A stretch of 64,000 bases of DNA from an uncultured Candidatus Saccharibacteria bacterium (GCA_964546555.1 CAZJJX010000002.1:16263-80262), one strand, 5' to 3'; shown: positions 36,283 through 45,662, counted from the stretch's first letter. Notes: generated by a model not told the origin, from the sequence alone. A program made the numbers and translations.

Positions 36283-36476
36283 AAAGGTTTCCCAGTAGGG
36301 CTTATAACTATATACTGTCTTTTTGGATAGTTGGGGTATTATATCACGTTTATTCAATAATATCAAGTATTTTTTTCGGAAGACTACTTGCTGTTTTTCC
36401 CATTATTTTTGCTATTTTGAGCAAGTTTCTGCTTTTTACACAACAGAAGCATTTTACCAATTACGATATAGGTACG

Positions 36477-36752
36477 TCACTTTGTTTTTTTAAAATTTTC
36501 TTTAATTGTGCTTGCTGTGTCTATTAGCATGGATATAAACAAAATTATACAACCAACAGGAAATGCAATAGACCCAAAAACAATAGTTACAAGGACATAC
36601 TCACCACGTACATTAAACAGTAAAATACATATTCCGATTATAACTGGCGCCAACATAAGGATGGAGCCGATAATAGCTAAATAACCAGCAAGAGTTGTCT
36701 TTTTAACAGGGGCTGGATTATTTTGAAAAGTATCATTATTGTCACTATTCAT
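36477..36752 (-). CDS. hypothetical small membrane protein inserted between infC and rpmI
   Basis: Two TM helices; no homolog recognised. Confidence 0.4.
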   Translation of the reverse strand: MNSDNNDTFQNNPAPVKKTTLAGYLAIIGSILMLAPVIIGICILLFNVRGEYVLVTIVFGSIAFPVGCIILFISMLIDTASTIKENFKKTK

Positions 36753-36767
36753 ACAAGGCTTATGTTA

Positions 36768-37349
36768 TTATTTCGCCTTCTCAATAACAATCATCATAGA
36801 CTTCGGTATTTTCTTGAAAGGTTCTGCAACTTTGTAGTCAGCAGGGATGATAGCAAGAATTCTGTCCATGCGATCTTTGAGGAACTTCTCGTCCATGTAC
36901 TTTGTACGGCCTTTAAGTTGGAGTTCGATCTTGACTCGGTGACCTTCATTGATCCATTCTGCGGCCTTCTTGGCTTTGATCATGATGTCGTTTTCACTAA
37001 TTGCCACACTTATCTGAACAGTTTTTGTTTCTGTGATGTGAGCTTTTGCCTTAACTTCTTTGAGTTTCTTGGATGTTTCGTAGGTGTATTTTCCATAATC
37101 AGCGATACGGGCAACAGGTGGGTCTGCTTGAGGGGAAACTTCGATAAGGTCTAAGCCTACAGCTTTTGCTTTTTGGAGCGCTTCTTCTTTTGTGAGGACA
37201 CCTAAATTCTCTCCTGTGCTGCCGATAACGCGAAGTTTGAGTGAGCGAATATTATTATTGATGTTTACTTTTTCTGCCAAGGGATTAATTGTAAGGGTAA
37301 TAATACCATATTTTTTTCGATTGCGCCACCAAGAGGATGTGTGGCACAC
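36768..37349 (-). CDS. infC: translation initiation factor IF-3 (N-terminus uncertain; IF-3 genes often use non-ATG starts)
   Basis: 'IR..KLRVIGSTGENLGVLTKEEALQKAKAVGLDLIEVSPQADPPVARIADYGKY' N-domain and C-domain 'KGRTKYMDE'. Confidence 0.8.
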   Translation of the reverse strand: MCHTSSWWRNRKKYGIITLTINPLAEKVNINNNIRSLKLRVIGSTGENLGVLTKEEALQKAKAVGLDLIEVSPQADPPVARIADYGKYTYETSKKLKEVKAKAHITETKTVQISVAISENDIMIKAKKAAEWINEGHRVKIELQLKGRTKYMDEKFLKDRMDRILAIIPADYKVAEPFKKIPKSMMIVIEKAK

Positions 37350-37381
37350 TGAATGTGGTTCTTTACACTAAGGAGAGATTT

Positions 37382-38209
37382 ATGGGATTTAGTTGTGCGC
37401 TGGCAATTGTGCTCCCGACACCTACAACAGAGTTGAAAGATTTTCATCCTACAGAAAGTGAAGCTTCGGTATCTGATGATATTTTTTTTAGTAATCACAC
37501 TGTAAAAAATATTCCAGGTCGTGCATGGGAGGTTATGCGGTTCATTGATTTTGGACGAGTAAGGACTCTCATTAAACCAAGCAGTAGCCTCTCTGTTTCG
37601 CAAAGAGCGGGGGATGATTTCATTTCTCGTGCGGCAATTTGTGCGGCATCATTTCTTTTGGACCATCTCTATGAGCTTGAGAGGAAGGTCCAGTTGGGTT
37701 CCGTTGAGTACTCTGTTCCATTTATTGCTGACCATCTTCTTTTTTGTAGTTACTCACACAGTCATGATGATTTTTTGACTAAGAATCATTATGAGGATGT
37801 GTTTGCATATCTTGGCACATCAGATGTCGTGACAGGGTTGTGGAGTTATCAAGAGAATCTCTACTCTCGTTATCCAGATGGAGAACAACTAGCAGTTGTA
37901 AATAGTGTTTTCTGGAACTATAACCAAGCACTACTAAATACTGGATCGATGGCAGCATTTTTCCAAGAGCATTACTCGTTACTGTGGGACTCTGCTTATT
38001 CGCTAAGTGGTGTCCTTACAGAGCTGCTTGAAGATGGTGCGATTTCTGGGGAAGAACTTAGAAAGGATGCTCGATCAGTTGCAATCGTGACAACGTGGAG
38101 AGACACCTTACAGGTTCTTTCAAAAGAAGGTGCACGATGTATCTTTTTGACTGATGCGTATCATTCAGAAGCAACTACAAGCATAAGGTCAATGCGGAGA
38201 TATCTGTAA
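37382..38209 (+). CDS. hypothetical protein (275 aa)
   Basis: AGGAGAG RBS before ATG 37382. Confidence 0.4.
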   Translation: MGFSCALAIVLPTPTTELKDFHPTESEASVSDDIFFSNHTVKNIPGRAWEVMRFIDFGRVRTLIKPSSSLSVSQRAGDDFISRAAICAASFLLDHLYELERKVQLGSVEYSVPFIADHLLFCSYSHSHDDFLTKNHYEDVFAYLGTSDVVTGLWSYQENLYSRYPDGEQLAVVNSVFWNYNQALLNTGSMAAFFQEHYSLLWDSAYSLSGVLTELLEDGAISGEELRKDARSVAIVTTWRDTLQVLSKEGARCIFLTDAYHSEATTSIRSMRRYL

Positions 38210-38300
38210 GTATTGATATGTGGTCTAAAAGACGATTATCGTATATGGTGATCGTCTTTATTTTTATATACCAAGCTGTACTCGTATGTAGAGTAGTGAA

Positions 38301-39323
38301 TTAATTATTTATAAGGGGTAGAATGAATTTACTAAAGGCGCTGATCGCTAATACGATCAGGACAATGATGAGGCTGATTCCATTTTTGCTAAATATAAAC
38401 GCAAACACCTTGGCATCATCATTAAAAAAACTATACCCGTCTTTTTTAAGGAGGGTGGATACGTCACCAATATGAGCAAAACTAAATGTAGACATTTTTT
38501 GTGTAAGTGATGGAGAAAGTGCGTCGTAGATCTCAAATAGTTTCTTTGTTTCACCAACCTCATCGTACCCGCCGTATTCATTTTGTTTTCGTTCTCCGTA
38601 GATGAACATCGTCGTATTAAAAAATTCTACATCGTATGTGTTTACGGTTTTTGATAGTAGATCGACAAAGGTGCTATCAAGGATTTGGAGTGCTTCAATC
38701 TCATACTCCTTGGGCGCATAGGTGACGTGGTTCTTTTCGTAGTCGCTGTTTACGTTAAGAGCAAGGCGTTGCTCTTCAGTAAAGGGTTCGCGTATGTAGT
38801 CATTTTTTATATTATGAATATAGATATTCGGTATTTCTTTGCGTAATTCAAAAGCTGCAATAATAAAAGGGTGCCACGTGATTTTAGTTTTATTATCTCC
38901 AGTTTTGTAAGTTTCACCATATTCAAATCTAAAAAAAGAAAATGGTACAGTGTAATTTTGCGCCTCGATACAGTATGAAAATTTTCTCTTGTCTCCGTAG
39001 TGCAAAAAGTGAGCGTGACGTAGGGTGTCTCTTGGCTTTTCATAAAAAGTGAATCCGTTATCAAGAGCAAATTGTTGGTATTCTTTTTTCTTAATAGTTT
39101 CTCCAAGAAAGTGATACACAATTGCAAAAGGTAGAGAAAAAAGGAAAATCCATAAAAGGAAGTACCCAAATAGTTGATCTACAATATCAGTGGAACCGTG
39201 CGTGGTCGTAAAAAGCGCAACACTCAAAAGCACGATAGATATAACAATACTGATAATAAGACTCCGTTTCAAGATCTTGTTGGCGTTTTTGTCTATCTCC
39301 TCAAGTGCTGTAAAATTAATCAT
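38301..39323 (-). CDS. hypothetical membrane-anchored protein
   Basis: N-terminal TM pair, ~250-aa extracytoplasmic domain. Confidence 0.4.
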   Translation of the reverse strand: MINFTALEEIDKNANKILKRSLIISIVISIVLLSVALFTTTHGSTDIVDQLFGYFLLWIFLFSLPFAIVYHFLGETIKKKEYQQFALDNGFTFYEKPRDTLRHAHFLHYGDKRKFSYCIEAQNYTVPFSFFRFEYGETYKTGDNKTKITWHPFIIAAFELRKEIPNIYIHNIKNDYIREPFTEEQRLALNVNSDYEKNHVTYAPKEYEIEALQILDSTFVDLLSKTVNTYDVEFFNTTMFIYGERKQNEYGGYDEVGETKKLFEIYDALSPSLTQKMSTFSFAHIGDVSTLLKKDGYSFFNDDAKVFAFIFSKNGISLIIVLIVLAISAFSKFILPLINN

Positions 39324-39335
39324 AGATAGAACAAT

Positions 39336-40130
39336 TTACTTTTTTGGGAACCAGGGAATAAATGCACTTGTTTTTGCTTTGTAGACTTCCCATTCAGGAA
39401 TTCCTTCCCATTTTTTCTCAAGCATCGGTATGCCTGATACTTTAAGAAGAAGGAACGTGATGAGAATAGGAGATGCAAAGACTATGCTAAATGATGTTAC
39501 AGAATACGAGATACATGCTATTCCAAACCACATCATCGACTCACCAAAATAGTTTGGGTGGCGTGTATATTTCCAGAGACCTGTCTTCATGATCTGGCCT
39601 TTATGTATAGACTTACTTTTAATAAATCGATCAAGCTGTCTATCTCCAAGTACTTCAAAGAAGAATCCGAGCCCCCAAAGGCTAAGCCCAAAAAGAAGTG
39701 GCAAACTAGGGGTCGATACACGGACAAGGGAGAGTGTAAAAGGAAGAAGGACGATACTTATGACAACTCCTTGAAGTACAAAAATCTGAAGGTACGCACG
39801 TGCAAGATAGTATCGCGCTCCATGACGTAGCCACGTCTTACGCCACGAGAGGTATCTGAAATCTTCTCCCTTGCCACGGTTTTTCATATATATTCTGTAT
39901 GATAGTCGCAGTCCCCATAGTGTAATGAGTGTGAGTATAATGATACTTGCAGGGTTAAGAGCTTCTGATTGCATGGACATAAGTTCGTACGCAACAGCAA
40001 TAAATGTAAGACCATATGCGATATCAATGATGCTGTTATCTTTTTTAAACTGAGCGACAAAAAAGAGAACGCTTGTAATGCCTAATGTGATAATGAGTGA
40101 GGTGATGTAGAGCGCAATTGCTTGTTCCAT
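39336..40130 (-). CDS. DUF1295 / steroid-5alpha-reductase-like (ICMT-fold) membrane protein
   Basis: 'TGLWKYTRHPNYFGESMMWFG' hallmark motif. Confidence 0.65.
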   Translation of the reverse strand: MEQAIALYITSLIITLGITSVLFFVAQFKKDNSIIDIAYGLTFIAVAYELMSMQSEALNPASIIILTLITLWGLRLSYRIYMKNRGKGEDFRYLSWRKTWLRHGARYYLARAYLQIFVLQGVVISIVLLPFTLSLVRVSTPSLPLLFGLSLWGLGFFFEVLGDRQLDRFIKSKSIHKGQIMKTGLWKYTRHPNYFGESMMWFGIACISYSVTSFSIVFASPILITFLLLKVSGIPMLEKKWEGIPEWEVYKAKTSAFIPWFPKK

Positions 40131-40256
40131 AATGTGATTAAGTATAGCAAGTAATATTGAATAGGGTGGGGATGTTGTCAGGTGGTATATAAGGAAGAAA
40201 GAATTCAAGAAATGAAAAGGGCCACGCAAAGCGTAGCCCTTAGAAAGACAACCAGA

Positions 40257-41030
40257 TTACTTTGTAGTAATTGTTATTGTACTTGTAACAAGATTACCTC
40301 TTGAGTTCAATGTCTGAACGGTGATAACTTTTTCACCTGTAGTCCAGCCTTCTGTCAGTGCGTCAAGATGTTTTATCAGTGATTTTGCATGTTCGTCTGT
40401 CGTGGCAACTTCAGGCAAAGTTGCTTGATGAGGCGTTTCTGCTTCAACTGCATGTTGATTGTCCGCTGCAGTACTGACACTAACACTTTCGATGTTAGGG
40501 ATAAGTTCCTTAGCAAGAATGAGTGCATCATCATAAACAGGTCCGATGCCACGAGTAAGTTCATTGATGCGACTGAAGGTTGCTTTTGTGTTGTTCCTGT
40601 CCTTCCTCTTTTTGTACAATTCAAGAAGTTTAAGAAGGTACTTCCCTTGACGAATAGGGTCAGTTTCTTCTGCAAGACCTTCATTGAGTATCGCTTCTGC
40701 TTGGACATCTCTTCCGTAGGCCAGATAGACGTCGGCTTCTGCAATAGGGTCAACTTCGTGATACGTACCATGTTGCATCGTCTTGTCTGTGGTGTCAGGT
40801 GTTCCAAAGAAACTATCCGGTGACAAACGTGACTCCAGAAAAACAGATTCTGTGTTCATGTTCCGCCGGGTAGGCCGCCTGTAAATAGAGAGACCCATTA
40901 CCATCGCTGCCAGAACAAGAAATGCAACTACTATTGCTTCCACATTTGCACTACCATCCGCTTCTACTTGAGCATAGACAGGGGAACAAGCAATTAAAGT
41001 CGCTAGCAAAAAGAAGAGTGAACGAACCAT
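40257..41030 (-). CDS. membrane protein with FimV/HubP C-terminal-type motif
   Basis: SP/TM N-terminus; 'DPIAEADVYLAYGRDVQAEAILNEGL' matches the FimV C-terminal TPR-like peptide motif. Confidence 0.5.
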   Translation of the reverse strand: MVRSLFFLLATLIACSPVYAQVEADGSANVEAIVVAFLVLAAMVMGLSIYRRPTRRNMNTESVFLESRLSPDSFFGTPDTTDKTMQHGTYHEVDPIAEADVYLAYGRDVQAEAILNEGLAEETDPIRQGKYLLKLLELYKKRKDRNNTKATFSRINELTRGIGPVYDDALILAKELIPNIESVSVSTAADNQHAVEAETPHQATLPEVATTDEHAKSLIKHLDALTEGWTTGEKVITVQTLNSRGNLVTSTITITTK

Positions 41031-41205
41031 TTCGATATCCTTTCAGGATTAGGTTTCTAGGAATATCCGTAAACATCATACAATATAATTTACAAAAAGC
41101 AAGAAATCGTACCTGAATTCGCATTCTAATCGCACAAAGGTTTCAGACTAATTGCACAGGTGTTTTCGGTATATAGCTCATGTATATATCTCATACACAA
41201 ATTGG

Positions 41206-41250
41206 AAAAGAAAAAAGCCCCGAAACGATTAAACGTTTGACGGGGCTACT
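41206..41250 (-). terminator. rho-independent terminator of SPFH operon (minus strand)
   Basis: GCCCCG-tcaaacgtttaatcgttt-CGGGGC then TTTTTTCTTTTCC on minus strand. Confidence 0.65.
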
Positions 41251-41271
41251 TCATCGGCATTGCGCCGATGG

Positions 41272-42480
41272 TTACTTCTTGGTGCCTTGCATGCTCATGT
41301 CGAGCGAAAGGTCCTTTGCCGTCCTCACGGAGAGCATGTCGAGGAGGCCTTGCACACTACTGTGCTGACCGGTGCCCGACTGGCCCATGACGACGCCCGG
41401 AACGAGCGGCTGCTTGGAGTTGGCGAGTGCGTCGGCGTAGAACTTCTGCGCTGCCGTCCATGCTTCCAGCTTCTTTTCGAGCGCGCCGTCGGCTTGCATG
41501 ACCAGACGCTTGCGTTCGGCTTCGCCTTCACCTAGGAGCACTTGCTCGCGCTTGCGCTGCTCGGCGGTCTTGGCTGCCAGCGAAGCGACTTCGAACTCTT
41601 GTTGAGCCTTGGTCACTTCCTTGGCCTTGACCGTCTCTTGCTCCCACTTCGCTTTCGCTGCGGTCGCTTGACCTTCCTTCTCGGCGGTGATCGCCGCTTG
41701 GATGGCCTTCTGAGCATTGGCTTGCGAAACCTGGACTTGCGTCATGGCTGCTTGCCGTTGCTTGATCTGCTCTTGCACGATCGTCGAGTAGTCGAGCTTC
41801 TCGATCGACATGGGTTGCAGCGTGATGCCGAACTGGTCGAGGATCGACCCGTGTTGACGTGAGGCCTTGCCGGTCTTCGGGTCGCGCACGATCTCGGCGG
41901 CCAACACCTTCTCGGGTTGGTTCGTGATCGGGTTCGTGCGTTCGACCTGGTGTGTCACCATCTGGAAGGCGCCATTCTGCGCTTGGTCGTTGATGATGTC
42001 GATCAGCTCGGCCTTGCGTTCGGCAAACGATTCGATTGACGTCATGGTGTTGCCCGACAACTGAATGGCGGTGTTCACCATGCGTGCGACGCCTCGTTCT
42101 TCGATTCCGGACGGCGAACCGAACTGCTTGTGGATCATGACGATCTGCTTGCAGTCGGTTGGCATTTGCCAGTTGACGCTGCCGTACAGCCTTGCTGTGC
42201 CGCCATCGTTGAACTGGAGCGCCTTGCCGGTGTCCATCTTCTCGGTGTGCACGTCGAACAGGTACGAGCCTTGCCGCGGGTACGTCGTCACGGTACCGAG
42301 CCATTGCATCTTGGGGCCAGGTTCGGTGTAGCAGTCGAGGGTGCCGTCGAGCTTCTGGATCACCATCAACTGCTTGGCATCCAGGTTTTCGACAAGCTGT
42401 GGCGTGAGGATCAGGGTGACGAGTGCTGTGATGGCAGCGCAAGCCATCATGACGAGGTTGCGCATCGTGAGTTTTTCCAT
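41272..42480 (-). CDS. SPFH/band-7 (flotillin/YqiK-like) protein, encoded in a GC-rich island
   Basis: N-terminal TM, SPFH core, long Ala/Gln/Glu-rich coiled coil 'QAAMTQVQVSQANAQKAIQAAITAEKEGQ'; local GC ~60-65% vs ~40% background. Confidence 0.75.
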   Translation of the reverse strand: MEKLTMRNLVMMACAAITALVTLILTPQLVENLDAKQLMVIQKLDGTLDCYTEPGPKMQWLGTVTTYPRQGSYLFDVHTEKMDTGKALQFNDGGTARLYGSVNWQMPTDCKQIVMIHKQFGSPSGIEERGVARMVNTAIQLSGNTMTSIESFAERKAELIDIINDQAQNGAFQMVTHQVERTNPITNQPEKVLAAEIVRDPKTGKASRQHGSILDQFGITLQPMSIEKLDYSTIVQEQIKQRQAAMTQVQVSQANAQKAIQAAITAEKEGQATAAKAKWEQETVKAKEVTKAQQEFEVASLAAKTAEQRKREQVLLGEGEAERKRLVMQADGALEKKLEAWTAAQKFYADALANSKQPLVPGVVMGQSGTGQHSSVQGLLDMLSVRTAKDLSLDMSMQGTKK

Positions 42481-42492
42481 TGCGGGATCTCC

Positions 42493-42720
42493 TTAGTTGT
42501 TGCCGTCGTTGCGGCGAGGTTGGTGCTTCTTCACTTGCTTTTCCAGGCCGGCTTCAAGGCTGGCTTGGTTGGCATCGGCGAGTTCCTTCTCCAGCTTCCG
42601 TTGTTTGCGGAAGAAGGGGAAAGTGGGACGCCCCTTGTAGAGCGGCCAGGCGACCTGGGTGATGAACACCAGCAGGACGATGGCCACAAACAGGTACTCC
42701 ATGAGACGATAGAACAGCAT
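42493..42720 (-). CDS. small membrane protein upstream of SPFH gene (NfeD/YqiJ-like position)
   Basis: Single TM 'LFVAIVLLVFITQVAWPLY' + charged tail; same GC-rich island. Confidence 0.45.
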   Translation of the reverse strand: MLFYRLMEYLFVAIVLLVFITQVAWPLYKGRPTFPFFRKQRKLEKELADANQASLEAGLEKQVKKHQPRRNDGNN

Positions 42721-43015
42721 GTCTGGCTCCTCTTAAAAAGGTTGAGTTTGGAAAGGGCTTCTGCTCTTATTGGTTACCCAATTTTGAGACAATTATTATT
42801 ATATAATATAATATATTTGTTTGTCAATAGTGACAAAATAGAAATTTATTGCCTAAAATTAGTAACATTCTTATAAACAACAAGATGTAGTTCTAAAGGA
42901 TTTCTCTAAAATATTATTTGTAAGTCTTTAGCTAGTAACATGGTTTTTGACTTATCAATTTATAAACGATAGGATGATTTTAGGTAGTTTTTTAAAATCG
43001 TAAGGAAAGGTAATT

Positions 43016-43705
43016 ATGAACACAAAAAGGTTTTTTCCAGTAATTCACTGTATTGACCCATTTGAAGAGCAGGGTATTGGTCATGCAATTCATAATACTA
43101 AGATTGCAATGACACATGGTGCTGACGGAGTGTTCCTTATTGGTCATGCGATGAAGTATGGGCCACTATGTGAAATCTATGAACATGTAAGAAAACAGTT
43201 TCCTGAAATATGGATTGGTATCAACTTTCTCGATATTACAGGTTATGATACATGGCACCTGCTAGGCAGTGTTGTTAGACATCAGCGAGGGATCAACGGT
43301 CTCTGGGTAGACATGTTGCCTGATGAGCGAATTGATGTCCCGTCATCAGTTGAGGTGTTTGGCGGTGTTGCCTTCAAATACATAGATCCAAATATTCGAG
43401 GACAAGAACTCAAGGAAGCATGCAACAAGGCTCTAAAGGTGGTTGATGTCGTTACAACAAGTGGAATAAAAACTGGCTCAGCTCCTGATACAGAGAAACT
43501 AGAAGAGATACGAAGAAACATTGGTAACGAAACACAGCTAGCACTTGCAAGTGGGGTTACCGAAGAAAATGTCTCCTTGTTCTTGCCGACTGTGGATACA
43601 TTTTTGGTTGCTTCAAGTATCATTGAACGAAAAAAGAGCCTAGGTAATCATGAGTATCTTATTCCAGAAAAAGTAGCATCACTCGCGCAAAAAATTCATG
43701 CATGA
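43016..43705 (+). CDS. TIM-barrel protein, BtpA/SgcQ-like (tentative)
   Basis: Alternating beta/alpha pattern, 'PVIHCIDP' N-terminal strand; weak. Confidence 0.35.
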   Translation: MNTKRFFPVIHCIDPFEEQGIGHAIHNTKIAMTHGADGVFLIGHAMKYGPLCEIYEHVRKQFPEIWIGINFLDITGYDTWHLLGSVVRHQRGINGLWVDMLPDERIDVPSSVEVFGGVAFKYIDPNIRGQELKEACNKALKVVDVVTTSGIKTGSAPDTEKLEEIRRNIGNETQLALASGVTEENVSLFLPTVDTFLVASSIIERKKSLGNHEYLIPEKVASLAQKIHA

Positions 43706-43716
43706 GTAAGACTTAA

Positions 43717-43760
43717 CTTCACGTAACTATAGAGCATATGGTTACGTGATTTTATTTTTG
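43717..43760 (+). terminator. rho-independent terminator
   Basis: TCACGTAAC-13nt-GTTACGTGA + TTTTATTTTT. Confidence 0.65.
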
Positions 43761-43868
43761 TGACGCCACGGGGTACCGCGGCATCCTACAAAAACATAGT
43801 CGTGAGTACACTTTTTTTATGTAAGGAGTGATACGTCACAAAATGATTACATTTAGAGTATTTTTACT

Positions 43869-44105
43869 TCATAGTAAGTGTTTATATGAAAAAGGATATC
43901 CAGAACTTGACTTAAGATATTTTTCAAATTCGTATGCACGATCTTTGTTAGTAAAAGAGCAGTACCAGACTATTTTATAAACACCATTATTTCTTGTTGT
44001 TTTTGTTTCGCCGTTATTATGTTCTTGTAATCTCTTTTTAAGATCAAATGTGCACCCTATATACTTTTCTTGCCTTTCATTTTTTAAAATGTAGACATAG
44101 TGCAT
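43869..44105 (-). CDS. GIY-YIG nuclease-family small protein (YhbQ/UPF0213-like)
   Basis: 'YVYILKNERQEKYIGCTFDLKKRLQEHNNG' GIY-(x10)-YIG + R...E..N. Confidence 0.65.
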   Translation of the reverse strand: MHYVYILKNERQEKYIGCTFDLKKRLQEHNNGETKTTRNNGVYKIVWYCSFTNKDRAYEFEKYLKSSSGYPFSYKHLL

Positions 44106-44267
44106 ATGATTTAAGTATATTCCACGACGCAAGATTACTTGCTATGAGGGGCACGACCCCACTTCGCGATTACGTTACACGGGGTCCTACCACTTCTTTT
44201 CAATTTTTTATTCATATCTTAAGATATCTAATGAGATTTTCTATACTATGGTGCGCGCACCGCGAAG

Positions 44268-44308
44268 CTCCAAAAAACCACCAAGCATTTCTTGGTGGTT
44301 TTTTTGGA
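44268..44308. terminator. bidirectional terminator downstream of ssrA
   Basis: CCAAAAAA-CCACCAAG-cattt-CTTGGTGG-TTTTTTGG. Confidence 0.6.
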
Positions 44309-44314
44309 GCGAAG

Positions 44315-44711
44315 TGGTGGAGATGGCGAGAATCGAACTCGCGTGTACTAAGGTATGAGGTATGGGTCTACTGTACGTAGTTTGCTTCATGTGTTCGCAT
44401 TCATTATTAAAAGCAAACTAAAGCAATGAATGTATAGCATGAATTATTTCAAGTATAGTGTTATGCAACACTGTGCTCTACATCTACTGTTATATTGCCA
44501 GCAGTCATCCCGTAGATGCGAACGAAAGTGACACCAGATCGGCCAGTAATTTAGGCGAATGCTGGAACTAGTCCGTTTGCCATGTATGGTGAACGGATAG
44601 CCTTACCAGTTGAGTTTGCAACATGGTCTCTCCGGTCTTTTACGAGTTGCGGAGAATTCTCGGTACAGCACATACAACATATTCTTAGTATCGATGCCAA
44701 AGATCATCCCC
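44315..44711 (-). ncRNA. ssrA: tmRNA (SsrA), ~397 nt; predicted tag (A)ANGLVPAFA
   Basis: 3' tRNA-like end 'GCGAG-TTCGATT-CTCGC-CATCTCC-A-CCA' (44315-44343); 5' 'GGGGGATGATCTTTGGCATCGATAC' pairs to give a G3:U70 acceptor stem; internal 'GCA AAC GGA CTA GTT CCA GCA TTC GCC TAA' (44551-44580); smpB 400 bp away. Confidence 0.75.
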
Positions 44712-44842
44712 CTAAAACATCGGTAAACTGATGTTTGGGCGTCCGTTTGCCATGGGCCCTGCAAACGGATTAGCCATAAAACACCAGTAACCAAATGTTC
44801 GGGCGAATTAACCGCCCAAATAATTTTTCAATTTATAAAAAA

Positions 44843-45109
44843 TTATTTGGATTGTTTATTCTTTAGATATTCTTTTTTAATTTTATTTTTGAAATTAGCA
44901 GACCAAAGAGTTTTTAGAAATCTTTCCCTATTAAACACATCTTCTTTTGAAGTAAATTCCTCAGTGTGTATACAAACAAGCGGCTGTCTATTTTTTGTTG
45001 CTGGAACGTGTCCAGAGTTATGCCTCCTTAATCGCTCTACTACATTAGATGTGCATCCTACATATAGCTTTGTATCTTTTTCACTATATAAAATATAAAT
45101 GAAATACAT
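44843..45109 (-). CDS. GIY-YIG nuclease-family small protein (second copy)
   Basis: 'MYFIYILYSEKDTKLYVGCTSNVVERLRRHNSG'. Confidence 0.65.
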   Translation of the reverse strand: MYFIYILYSEKDTKLYVGCTSNVVERLRRHNSGHVPATKNRQPLVCIHTEEFTSKEDVFNRERFLKTLWSANFKNKIKKEYLKNKQSK

Positions 45110-45113
45110 ACCT

Positions 45114-45548
45114 TTAATTACTTTCTCGCAGTTCTCTGCGAGTGATATTTTTTTTGATATCTTCTCGCTTGTCGCGTGCATCTTTCTTTTTACACACCGC
45201 GACCTCAACTTTAATGAGGTTATTTTTACTATACAACGAGTTAGGATGAAGTGTCAATACTTTTGTTTGTTCGAGTCCGTAGAGCTCAGCAATCTCTTTT
45301 TTTTGTAACAATAGTTTGCGGGTGCGGTAGGGGTCATAGTCTTTTGGGGTATTTGCAGCTTGATATGGTGCAATATAGACACCAACAAGAAACGCTTCAC
45401 CTCCACGGATGAGAATTTTCCCACCTTCAAGGTTTGCAAGCTTAGCTCGCACAGCTTTTACTTCAAAACCAAAAAGCTCGATTCCTGCATCATAGGTGTC
45501 GTTTATCACGTAGGTGAGATGGAGTTTTTTGTGTTCAGCTTGTCTCAT
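45114..45548 (-). CDS. smpB: SsrA-binding protein SmpB
   Basis: 'NDTYDAGIELFGFEVKAVRA', 'DPYRTRKLLLQKKEI', C-terminal basic tail. Confidence 0.85.
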   Translation of the reverse strand: MRQAEHKKLHLTYVINDTYDAGIELFGFEVKAVRAKLANLEGGKILIRGGEAFLVGVYIAPYQAANTPKDYDPYRTRKLLLQKKEIAELYGLEQTKVLTLHPNSLYSKNNLIKVEVAVCKKKDARDKREDIKKNITRRELRESN

Positions 45549-45662
45549 AGATATCTAGATGGTTATAGATAAACGTATTCTATCTATTCTAACATACCCA
45601 TTTCCTATGGTCGGTCATTTTTGGTATACTACATATCTTGCGGTTCTTTATGGAGGTTTACC

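Noticed and set aside
36768-37349. ATG at 37349 as the infC start
   Set aside because: The conserved IF-3 N-domain begins ~25 codons downstream, and IF-3 genes typically initiate at rare codons (AUU/AUA). The true start is probably internal; the ORF boundaries are kept only as an outer limit.
41260-42880. Many long overlapping ORFs on both strands (e.g. 41528-42442 minus, 42130-42876 plus, 41542-41862 plus)
   Set aside because: They lie in the ~62% GC island, where stop codons are rare in all frames. Only the SPFH gene and the 75-aa upstream gene have recognisable protein features, coherent start contexts and a terminator.
44712-44842. Alternative, longer tmRNA 5' end or two-piece tmRNA
   Set aside because: Only the GGGGGATG at 44704-44711 pairs with the CATCTCC acceptor strand. 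The upstream 'GCAAACGGA' hairpin copy cannot pair with the 3' end and lacks a tRNA-like partner, so it is treated as a partial duplicate or regulatory hairpin.
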